Positions 1 to 11,251 of a stretch of 64,000 nt of DNA are shown piece by piece. Below the pieces are notes generated by a model, which was not told the DNA's origin, searched no databases, and saw nothing but the letters and a program-made list of their open reading frames with translations. Location of the stretch: positions 3,077,909 to 3,141,908 of the forward strand of contig CM074804.1 of assembly GCA_037447605.1 (NCBI GenBank). Direction: 5' to 3'. The stretch is from Zygnema circumcarinatum SAG 698-1b (lineage: Eukaryota; Plantae; Zygnematophyceae). The position numbers were made by a program, and so were the translations under genes. The stretch's first letter is position 1. Every line of letters begins with the position of its first letter.

Positions 1-702
1 CGGCTAAAGGTCGACGACCAACGGTAAAACAAGTGACTGAAACACCGAAGCGCCCCCCCCCAAAAAAAAAGCTTTGATTCTTAGCTTCTTTGCTCGTAGG
101 TGACTTCTTCACCGTCAGTAGGGCACTTCATCGCAGCGACGTTTGTGACTACCCTCCGTAACCAGTTTCACGACTCAATCACTTGTAGCTCGGCGCTAGA
201 CACTCAGCGCTCAACGCTTAGCGCTCTGTTCAGTCACTTGTTTCAAGGTGTTCTGTTGGTGGGCCGTTGCCTTCGGTCACAGCGCTCGCTTCGCTCACTG
301 CGCTCGTCGCTAGCTTCGCTCGCAAGTTCCGCGCTCGGTGAAACAAGCTACCGAAGGTAGCCCGGCTTGAGCAAGCGAACGAAGTGAGCGCCGCGCGAAC
401 AAGTTTGCTTGTTTCACCGTGAGCGAGCTTGTTTCACGCTTTGCTCTTAAAGCGAAGTAAGCTACCTACGGTTAGAACTAGCAACTTACCGAAAGCAAAT
501 CCGTAAAGAAATCGCTGCTATATTTTGTTTTGATAGGCAAGCCTTATGACCTATGAACGTCGAGAGCGGAAAAAAGTCACAAGCTTCTAACCGATTTATC
601 GACTTGAAGCACCAGAGACCAAGCAGCACATATAGATGCTTCGGAATAAGGCGCGAAGCAAGCAAAGTGCTAAACTCTACTTGCTCCGCATACAGGCACT
701 GA
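1..702. other. Probable mitochondrial-derived non-coding DNA (part of NUMT) with short hairpin/inverted repeats
   Basis: Contiguous with the nad5 3' end. Contains GCTACC-GAA-GGTAGC hairpin and inverted GGTGAAACAAGC / GCTTGTTTCACC motifs, resembling organellar intergenic repeats. Confidence 0.6.
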
Positions 703-1255
703 TCACACAAGTGCTTTCGAATCAGTATCCCGATTCATAAACAAAAAGCTTAACAATAAAACAAAATAAAGTCGATTATCTACGAAAAAAGAAACAAAAT
801 CCCAAAGGCCTATAATGGTTATAAATACAGTTAAACCTATAAGCATAACTAGAGCATAATGGTACACAAAACCACTTTGTATTGCACTCATTTGTGCTGC
901 TAGTTTGCGAAATGTAGAGCCAATGCCAAAGGGACCCAAAATTTCAAAAACACCTTTATCTAGTGTTTTAAAAGACACTTCATAACCAAACCATAGAATA
1001 GGCGCGATCACAAATGAATTGTACACTTTATCGAATAACCAACGTTTATTTAACATACTGTAGATTAATTTACCATAATAACTCGTTTTCAGAGCAAACA
1101 TGGTGCGCATTGCTACAAAAGTGGCTTGATATGCTACAAAAGCGCCTAAAGCACTAAACATAAGTGGTATCAGTTTGATACTAATTGGTGTAGCAAATTC
1201 TGACTGGGCAGGAACCATTGTTGGGAAGATTAAACAATGTTACCCAGTGAAGTCT
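703..1255 (-). pseudogene. nad5: NUMT: C-terminal fragment of mitochondrial NADH dehydrogenase subunit 5
   Basis: Intronless, AT-rich ORF 703..1218 reads SEFATPISIKLIP...LNKRWLFDKVYN...TLDKGVFEILGP...QSGFVYHYA, the ND5 C-terminus. Similarity appears to continue frameshifted to about 1255, then nuclear-type sequence begins. Confidence 0.9.
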
Positions 1256-1320
1256 AATAAGGGAGGGATGGAAAGGAGAAGGCTGATGGTTTTGACACGA
1301 CCCCAAGCTGCAGTGCTTAC

Positions 1321-4300
1321 TCTATCCAACCGGGCAGCAACTTCGGCCTTCGCCTCTCTTCGTGCTTCTCGCTTCTCCTGCTTGGCGGGCACTGTCACTA
1401 GCTTTGGCCTGCAAAAGAAAACAGAGAGGTTTGGGTCACAAAGTGCCATTCCTCTCTATGTAACGGAGGAGAAGGAAGAGGGGGGAGAGGAAGAACTTCA
1501 AGCCACCAAAACCCATACCCCACTTATCTGCCTCCTACAAATTCAATCCGAAATAGAAGACCTTATTACCAGGCAAGAGAAGGTGCCAATCAGCTTAGAA
1601 TGGAACTGTACGTCAGCGCTTAGGCCCTTACGGCATTCCCTCAACAGCACACCTCTCTTCTGCTTCTCTGCAAAGGCACACTTCCACAAATTGCCCAGCC
1701 ATTCTAGACTTGTTCTTGTTCCACAAAGCTGAAAGAACATACCGCACTCGGGTTGCCAGTTTCCGCATTCTAATGAGGTACTGCGTCATTTTGGTGAGTC
1801 GTTGCTTGTTTTTGTGAACAAGAAACTTGGGCCAATGCTCCTGCAAGAGATCAAGCACCAACAACCGTGAAAGTGACCTTTCGCCACGTTGTCAGTGAAT
1901 GAGACGGCTGGCGATGACAAGGAAGCAACAAAGATCTGAGACATACGTAGACAGTTTTCGAGCTCTAAAAATGGGCCACGAAACTACTAATGCACTGCAT
2001 ACAATGTTCAGGAAAACTATGCTCCTCCTGACCTACTTTGAGTGTCAAAATAGCAATTGAATGATTCAGCCCAAACCATAGGTTAGGCATCAGGCCCAGG
2101 TTTCATTGAGCGCTCTCTCAAAGCATTCTACTTGCATACTGAACAAGGCAGCGACTTTCACAGACAGAACGGCCTCTTACCAGGTGTTTGTCAATAATCT
2201 CCAAAGCCTGAGCATAGTTTCTGGAAAGCTTCACTCGTTCCCACAGTTTATTGGGAGTATGGGCTCTCTCTATTGACTTCATATACAAATATAACACCCC
2301 TGCAGCCTCCCTCCCTCCTAAATTCCATGAGCAGACAGTTCTCTCCGACTCTCACACTCTAAGCAATTACAAAAGTAAGAGTCCTCATGATTTGTTAGGC
2401 TCCCGAATCGCTCTCCAAACTGCAACAGCTGATAAATTAGAATGTCGAGCCATCAAATGCAAGCGAGAAGGTAAGACGCTTTGTGTAGAAGGTAGCACTC
2501 CAAATCCTCTCGTCCAAAAAGAAAAAACATTCACAAAAGGATAAACAAACGACTGGCGAAATTCCAAATGGAATGCGCATCCAAAATGAAGTATCAAAAA
2601 AGTGCTAATAACTCGCAGTTTACTCGTTTGTAAGACGTTGTATGTTATAAGCTCTCCATATCAATGACAGAAGGACGCAAAATCTAGAAAAAAAAACTGA
2701 CAGGCGGTCACCCTGTGGGCACATAACTCGACTTGCGCCATTTTCACGATCGATAGCTTCATCAAATCGCTCCAAGCCACTAAAAAAAATGTGGAGGTGA
2801 AAATGTGGAATGTGAAAAAATGAAAAAACATGCGTATTGTTCACTTCAACCAAAACCCCAACAAAATCTTTACCATTGATTTTCTCAAAGAAAAGATTCA
2901 TAGTAAGACGAACCCCTGTTGCTTTCAACATCCCCGCTGGTAGAAACAGTTCAACTTGAAAACTGATTCTAGTACCATCACAGTGCGATTTGGAAAGCCA
3001 CTTGTTACCTCCTCAGACTACTGTTCTTCGACAAGTATGTGAATACCCGGAGTAAAACTATAGCATCAGGTAAAAACCTGGAAAAGCATCTCTTCTCCAA
3101 TACGGACAAAGAGACAGAAGAGCTCCAAAGCGGAAGGTGATAGTGAAATGTTTTCTAATAAGAAGTTCATATAATGCTAATACTTCTGAAAACGTGACCT
3201 ATACATTGTGCGGAGAGGATCAGCTGTGGCGATACCTTCGCCAGCAGACTTCTATTGGAAAGGGGCGGAGCTGATGATGTGGGGTCTTGTAAACCTGACC
3301 ACATGACACAGCCGGAAGGGCAGAAGAAATGTTATGTCTGCCGCACTTCTTTATGACTAGCTCAAGCCGACCTTTCTCAAAACTTCAAAATTGAAGCATG
3401 TACTTGCTCTACTAGCACCGATTCAGCAGTTCAGTGGACGCTTGCTTACACACTTGCTTGCCTGTACATCAAACTCTGGCAGTCTATTGTAACAAGTAGC
3501 AAAGGTCACAAGTTACTTCAATAGTCTCTTTTAACTTTGAGATTGTTAAGAGCACAGTGGCACACAACAATTCTCGACATAATACTCAATCACCTTCAGG
3601 GTATACACATGAGAGGGGGGCCTTGTTTCCTTTCTCACTCACTGGATTTGAAGGTAGGCTATACAGTAACGATATTGTAGCATACCTCAGTCTTAGTCCG
3701 ACCTAAAATATGCATATAAACTTATCGAATGGTATGCCTGCGGTCAAAAGTCTAGGCGACACCTAGGTAGTCTGGCCTACCTGCGCACATTTCACTTACA
3801 ACCAAATGACAAAGAAAGACATCCAACTTCAAGGCCCAAAGGGCGACCAGAGAAAACACTATCTGGAGCTTACGAAAAGCTAAAGCTGAGGAGTAATCTA
3901 ATCATCAAAGAAATCGCAGAGTGATGTGAAAAGGTTTTCGTGAAAATAAAACGACACTGAAGATTCCGGCCGAAACATCAAGGAAGGGCTGCACTACAAA
4001 TGCATGTGTTTTCGCTCGGGATAGCGTTGGCCTCGTTGAGACTTCAATTGGGGAGATACACCAATCATGACTGAAGCAAAGGCGGCAAACGGCAGTCGCA
4101 AAATGTAGTTCTTTGGTGCAGATTTTCTTCCAAGCTTTCACCACTGAAGTTTTCCATGTTCATGTAAATTTTAAGCTCAGACTATCCATCCACCATGGTT
4201 CAACAAAAACCTTCAATTGAGAGGTTCCCCATAAAGTTACTGCAAATTCATACAAAATTAAAAAATTACGCTCCAAAGGGTTTCTACTACAGAAGCCTCC

Positions 4301-4733
4301 TTCTCGTACATCACCTGTGGCAAATCACCTGTTCAACAAGGTAACCGACTGAGCTATCTTGTTGTGAGTTAACGAACGATAAGTCTTGCAACGGACATTC
4401 GCGGAGGAAATATGTAGAGTTACCAACCTTCATGTTCCCGAATTGTGGCGTAGCGACTGTTGGCCAGCGGACACGAGCTGCGGTTGCAGAGGCCAGTAAC
4501 ATTGTACTCATTTCTACAAAAATTTTGAGTCTTTGTTCTGCACAGCAGGCATGGAGCACTGGATTAGCAGCAGAGCTTGCAGAAGCAGAGGAGACCAAAC
4601 TGTGAAGATTAGGGCAGGAGGTTGGAGAAGGACAGTTGAATTTCAGAGGTCGAGAGGCGGAGAGGGTATACTTGGTCTTGAACGAGCAGTGGCCCTGGTT
4701 GATCAGCTGCCAGATCACCTCATCGTGCTGCAT
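1321..4733 (-). CDS. MAK16: MAK16 ribosome-biogenesis protein, exons 1-5; acidic C-terminal exons not in window
   Basis: Phase-compatible GT-AG exons 4733-4672, 4537-4428, 2299-2181, 1840-1743, 1408-1321 give MQHDEVIWQ...[26 protein letters not shown]...[21 protein letters not shown]...[26 protein letters not shown]...[18 protein letters not shown]. Confidence 0.95.
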
Positions 4734-5214
4734 CCTTCTCCCTCGCTCTCTTCCGCCCTCCCTCTCTCCCCTTCACGCTTCGTACTCTCGCTTCCTCCCC
4801 TCTCTGTCACTTTCTGTCCTGCTGCAAGCCAGATGGCACGCAATTTACTTCCAGCCTCTACCAAAGCACCTCTTATCTCTATCCTCTCCGGCCCTCCCTC
4901 TCTCCTCTCCTCCGCTTCCTCGCCTAGCACGCTGCCCGCCTCGTCCCTGCCACGTCAGCCCTAATGGAGGTCCAAAGCCTTAAAGCCCAGGATGGACAAA
5001 AACCACCCGCGCCGGCGCCACGCCGCTGAGGCTGGCCCGCATGGCGAGAGTGTACCCCGGGTCCAGCGTGGACCAGAGATCAACTAGCTCCTCTCCAACC
5101 AATGCGAGCCATACAGAAAGGATGATCTAGGCTTGCTCCTCTGACGCGGCAGGTTCAACACAAACTGTACGGTCCAGAGACGACAGCATTGTACGGCACG
5201 TGTACAGTACTGTA

Positions 5215-5695
5215 CAGTGGGGGGTCCTCGTATTTACCACCCTAAGGAGTGCGTCCTCAATATTTTCGCCCCGATTTTGCCGAAACCACCTTTTTGTACG
5301 GTAACTTGTGTTAGCCGTACTATTCGTACTGTTCGTACTAACCGTACTAGCCATACTATCTGTACTAGCCGTTACGGGCTTACGCAAAACTCACCTAATC
5401 TCCCCGCTCGTGCCGCCGTAAGAGGCGCTCGCTCTTCTCCCCTTCTTCCTGGCTTCGATACGATACGATACGAAACGACCGGTACGATACTTTACGATAC
5501 TAGGAGATACGATACGAAACCAAACGAGACAGTACGATACGGTACGATATCATACGGTACGATATATACGGTCTAACATGAACTCTAACATAATACCACC
5601 CGACTATTCGTAACACAAACCTTATATATGCAAAATTAATATTTTCGCCTCATATTGGCCGGAACCAGGGTGGAAAATATGAGGACCCCCTACTG
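5215..5695. mobile_element. Tc1/mariner-type MITE (family A), GTAC/GATAC-rich interior
   Basis: About 30-bp TIRs CAGTGGGGGTCCTC...CCACCCT / AGGGTGG...GAGGACCCCCTACTG, flanked by TA on both sides. Second copy at 53468-54020. Confidence 0.75.
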
Positions 5696-5769
5696 TACGA
5701 AGAAACGTACGGCATCCAGCACTGCTGGCTGCCACGGCAGATTACGAGTGTAGCAGTAAGAGAGAGAGC

Positions 5770-6695
5770 TGTAATTTTTTTAGGGTAACTCTACTGCACC
5801 CCCGCGTTTTGTCTTTCGCACCCCCGTTTTGAAAAGTTTGCCTGCCCGTTTTGGTTACCCCCCAGTTTTGAATATTTCGGGAAAAAATCTTTTTCCCGCC
5901 CCTTTCGTCCCCTCCGCTGCCCCCGCTCGAACCATTGCAGTTGCAAAACCCTCACCCGGTTATGAAGGAACGAGGTCGACCTTCTGGCGCGCGCAGTTTG
6001 GCAATCGGCCGGGACAAGAGCTATTTCGAGTACGTTGAAGGGAAAAAATGTTCCAATTGCAAGCAAGCAGGCCGCAATTTAAGATCTTGCCTTAATTAGG
6101 GGTAACCTGAAAACAGAGAGTAACAGTTGCCCAACATTGGTGACCTTTGCAGTTGCGTTTAAGGTTGCGTTTTTGTACTTAAGCTTAGTTTAGTTTAGTT
6201 TTTTGTTCCTAGTTTTTTTTTTTTGTTCTTGTTTCATTTGCGACTAATTTGTTGTGGTTCCCATGTTGACTTTGTCCATGTTTATTTGATGGCCTCAAAA
6301 TCTTGAGACCAATGCAAATCCCCTTTTCTTTTGTCGCACATTGTTGGAAGTCAATAGTGAAAAGGAGAAAACGAGGGGATGGAATGTCCAAAAAACAATG
6401 AAGGGAGGGGGAATGAGGCAATCAAGCTTCCTACAAGGTTCGAACTCGGTACACTCCCAATACTAACCCTAAATTTTACCGTTAAAAGGCAACAGCGGGT
6501 TTAAATAATCGACCATACATTTAATTATATAGCGTTTCGCAACAGGAGCCAGCGGAGGAGACGAAAGGGGCGGGAAAAAGATTTTTTCCCGAAATATTCA
6601 AAACTGGCGGGTAACCAAAACGGGCAGGCAAAATTTTCAAAACGGGGGTGCGAAAGACAAAACGCGGTGGTGCAGTAGAGTTACCCTTTTTTTAT
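5770..6695. mobile_element. Non-autonomous element with about 150-bp terminal inverted repeats (family B)
   Basis: GGGTAACTCTACTGCACC...GCCCCTTTCGTC (5783-5930) is inverted at about 6550-6686. Related copies at about 48667-49607, 50893-51790 and 52330-53227. Confidence 0.75.
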
Positions 6696-6889
6696 AGATT
6701 TAAACTTTTTTAAAAGCATAAAAACTAATTACAAAGTTTTACGTCCTCCCCGTGCCAAACGACACTGTCCAGGTTCAGAAGAGACAGGCCGAATGTACGG
6801 ACGCCGCTACCACTAGGAAATGTGACCGTTGGAAGATGTTTGGACGCTGCCTGATGCCGCGTGTCTCCCTCCCTCCCTCCCTCCCCGCC

Positions 6890-8866
6890 ATGCCCTCTCC
6901 CCTATCTCATCCTTCTTTCTCTCTTCCTCTCCCTCCTCTCGCATCTCTCCCCACAGCTTCATTCTCCCGCATCCATGGTCGGAGGATCGTCGCGGAAGGG
7001 CGCATTGCTGGAACGAGCTCAAGCATTTATGCGCACTATTTGCATTATTCTTGGTTGAAGAGAGTGGGGGTATTCCGGCGGGAAAATGGGAGGTCCTTCA
7101 GATTCACGGTGGCTGCATTCAAACCTGAATCTTTTGGAGCTCTTGCAGCTGCAGTGGTTCCGCAAGCTGCGCAACAGGTGGCTCTGGAGCTCCTGGAGAG
7201 ACTAGGGATTCGGATAGACGTAAAATCTGGAAACTCTCCTCGGGTTTTTGTGGAAGAGGTGGGATTACGTTTTCCACTTAAGTTTATCTGCTTCTCCTTT
7301 CATCAGATTCTACCTTGCATGAGGTCTGCTTTAACTTTTCAGGTCATGAAACTTTTGCAAGTCAATGAAACCCTGACTTGTCTGCCGTTGTGACCTCCTG
7401 CCATGGTTCATAAGTAAATGCCTCCTTGCAGCGTGAATTGGTTGGTCCCGTCGCCTCCTCAAACTATTCAATAGCGGAGAACAAATCATTGCAAGTCGTC
7501 ATATACTCACTTTTTCACGATCATTTTATGCTTCTTGCAGGACGATTATTATTCTAGCCCGGTGAATTTAACGCAGGAGCAATGGGAGTCGCACTTGACA
7601 GACGAGGCGGCTTGCAGAGGCCGTTTGTTTGACGAGTTATGGGAGCGTGAGGCGGAAGTGAAGGCACTCAAGGCTCGACTGGCGGCAGCAGAGCAGCAGC
7701 AACAGCAAGCAGAAAGAGACCTTACAGCACAGTGAGAAACATCTCTGATCAGGCAGCCCGAATGGGGACCGCTTTGGGAAGGAAGGATCTGGCATGTGTA
7801 TGGAACGTTGTTTGACGATGTAGCGGCACACTATCGCATTTGTATAGTGGAAACGGATGCGCAATGATGTTGAGAAACTCAACGAATAACATGTGTTTTT
7901 ACACCTTAGATAGCACGAAAGTCTTAACTACACATGACCACCTTGGCTACTGGACTAGGCAATATTCTCGGTCTTTCACTTTCACGTGATGATCCGACGA
8001 GCCAGATTCTACTTGTATAGAATACAAACAGCGGATAAGGACGATGTAAGTCTGGCCATTGTCGAGAGGATGGCGTGTGCTTTTGTTGGAGACATGTGGT
8101 CTAGAGAAGCAGCAGTTGTAATCGTTTGAATTGTTCCAAGTTTTGCAGGTCTGCCTCTCTGTTACAAACCTTGGAAGATGCCACTAAGGACGCACGAGGA
8201 AAGGAGGCTGCCATGGCTGCCGCCCTGCAGGAAATGAGGCAACAAATGGCTGTCATGGAGGAGGGGCAGCGGAAGCGAGACAACGAGGTTGCGGAGCTGA
8301 TGGCTGCTTTGAAGGAGAGTGAGCAGGAGGAGAAGGACGCACGAGGAAAGGAGGCTGCCATGGCTGCCGCCCTGCAGGAAATGAGGCAACAAATGGCTGT
8401 CATAGAGGAGGGGCAGCGGAAGCGAGACAACGAGGTTGCGGAGCTGATGGCTGCTTTGAAGGAGAGTGAGCAGGAGGAGGAGAAGCTGGAGGAGGTGCTG
8501 GAGGCATTGATTGCAGATTCAAAGGCGGAAAGGGAATATGTGAAGGTGCTCGAGAAGGATCTCGTGGAGGTGAAAGCAGAGATGTTAGCAAAGGAGGCGC
8601 AGCGGAAAACAGAGGCTGCAAAGGGACAGGGCCGACTAGGGGCATTGGCAAAGCAATTGGAAGAAACCTCAAAGGGGCTCTCAGCGCGCCTTGTGCAGAT
8701 GCGAGTGTTGCTGGGTGCTGTGGAGAGACTGGGCGATGGGGACGCCTTCAAGACAAAGTGTACGGAGTTAGGATGGGAATTAGCAGAAGTCCAAGCAGCC
8801 ATAGTTAAGTGCGAGCGGGTTCTGGATGAGGCAGTGGAGGCTGCCACACCTTCAGGGCGGAAATAG
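6890..8866 (+). CDS. Uncharacterised coiled-coil protein (3 exons; start uncertain)
   Basis: Phase-compatible exons: ?-7177, 7541-7731, 8149-8866 (stop TAG). Glu/Ala/Lys heptad-rich. No family recognised. Confidence 0.6.
8186..8479 (+). repeat. 147-bp near-perfect tandem duplication inside coding exon (49 aa x2)
   Basis: KDARGKEAAMAAALQEMRQQMAV(M/I)EEGQRKRDNEVAELMAALKESEQEE occurs twice, offset 147 nt. Confidence 0.95.
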
Positions 8867-10404
8867 AGACAGGACGAGCACTGGACGAGAATGAATGAAG
8901 TTCGAAAGGGTCGTCATTTTTGCGAAGAAACGACTGAGACAGGTAATGTAAATGTGAAGACTCAGTATCTTTATGGGTTGTGTTTATGGTGTTGACTGTC
9001 AGTCTTTACGAATGCTAGGGCTGGCAGGAAAATCTGGAAAAAGAAAAATATGAGGTACTGCGAGCGAGACAGAGAGAGAGTGAGAGAGGTCGAACTTTCT
9101 GTTTCAATTGATTATGAGAGGCACGAAAAAGGGAAGCGTGTCAGTGACAGCTTCTCTTTCAGGTTAGACTATTGTTTGAGGGGTCATAAATTGACTTTCT
9201 GCTGATGACGTCATCAGCTGAAAGCATGTCAGATTCAGGCACAGTCCACATAGACTCCGACAATAATCCGTTCAATACATTGAATCTATCGCATAGAACT
9301 GCAGTTTCCTTAGCCCTTAGCTCTTTCCCTTTCCTTTTGCCACCTTGCCACAGCTCAGCAAAGGCAGCTTTGACAGGTTTATGGAAGAAATTAGCATTAG
9401 TGGTCAATTGCATATTATGTTCAATAATTTTATTGAGATCCATTGTTAGCGGAAAGAAGAATTGGCCCATTGTTAGCCCGTTTATTTGAATACACTAAAC
9501 GCTGAAAGTGTTTATATATGAGGCCGAGCAAAACTGTGCTATGGGGAACCTCCAGGCGACCGGATTTTGTGAAACAGCCATACTTTATGTAATCTATGAC
9601 GATTCGTCGATGCCGTGCCAACAGTCAAAGTTCCTGTTGTTACCGTTCCCAACCTTTTATGTTTTTCAGGAACCAGAGTTTTGGTCCCAAATTTTGTCAA
9701 GTTCAAGCTTCCCACACTTTATTCGATCTTTTCGTGCAATGTGCGAACTCAGATAAACGAAAAAGAGCTTGTGGATGAGCTCGTGTTCAATGAACTTGAC
9801 ATTGTGGTTATGTGTACATTTGAAGCCCCAAAAGGCGAGTCCCTATGCCGCATTTGATTGCAGGAAACGAACCACTACTTGCAACTGGTTGGTTGTAATT
9901 GTACTGAAACAAATTTCCCTAACTTACAAGAGGCAGTGAGGACGCTACCCTAATCGAATGGTTAGTTGTCTGACACAACTTATCCGATGAAAAATAATTG
10001 AGCAAACCCTAACCTGAGCGAGGAAGCGAACCTTAACAGCTATATCTGTTTCTATGAGCTGTGCACATGGTACGTCCAGTGCTGACTAAACTGGGTTGCA
10101 GCTTCTAATAAAAAAATGTCCTCTCAGAGTTTGAGATGGTATGATACAGCCAAAGGGAATGAAAAGTTGAAAAGAATAAACCAATGTCGTGACCCTTCTG
10201 ACAGCGCGTCTGTTAAGCACGAGATTTTAGGGTTTCACTGATCCAATTTCTGCACCTTAAAGTAAACCGCCTGCATCACATCAACAGCACGTTAAGGCAG
10301 TGAGACACCTGAGATTTTGGACGTACTCTCTCGCATTTATAGATCAAAGTTAATTTGGACCCGCACCCAGACCGGAGCCTGACCTGATTGGAGCGTCGTC
10401 TCAG

Positions 10405-11212
10405 CTAGTTACAAAGAATGTACGAGAGGGTGGTTTTTGAAGAGACAGGACGAGTAAGACCGAGTTTGAGCCAACAGCGGGAGAGGTTCCTTTTGTAGGT
10501 GAACCCTGTGCAGCCTGCAGTGGCTCGGCATATTCTTCCACAGCCAGGAATTGTCTCGTTGAATGCAATCTCCTTCCCACTCGAAATGAAGCGATGGTCT
10601 GTCTTTGGTTGGTACACAAAATTCGGAAGAACTCCCCCGCACTCTGTCAGCATCACCACCACCACTGCGCATCAGCTTCTGGTTTCGGGCCATCAACACT
10701 GAAGCATGTGAACCAAACGGTCACATTTGGTCTGATCTGCACGAGGAGAGAAAACCCCAATTGCAACCTTCGACCTGCTCACTTCTTCTTCTCACCCCCC
10801 TTGTTCAGCCACCTCTGCAAAACTCCAGAGACCCTATAAGATCCATGCAACGAACACGAAGCCCTGCACGGCGGAAAAGCCCTCACTTCGCTTCCTACGT
10901 GTCCGCTTACTCGAGCTGCTTCCTCCCCCCGCCGCGGTGCCGCCCTGGCAGGTCACGAAGGCGTCCGTGGCGGCCCCTGGCAGGGCGGGCGGCAGCGCGT
11001 ACTTGAAGTAGCAGCGCGCCCCCGCGCGCTTGCGCACGAACGCGAGACAGCGCGCGCTCGCGTCGCACAGCGCGCCGCACTCCGCGAGGGACGCCCCCGG
11101 ACGGCTCGACCCGAACTTCGCCGCGGGGAGGTCGGCGTTAGGGATCAGCCGGTAGCCGGACACTACCTGCCCGCATGTGTCTGCGGACGATGTGTTGCAA
11201 GGTAGGAGGGAA

Positions 11213-11251
<39 letters not shown>

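Noticed and set aside
9000-10300. Stop-interrupted minus-strand reading frames (e.g. ORF 9159..9470)
   Set aside because: Could be a decayed transposon gene, but I recognise no diagnostic motif.
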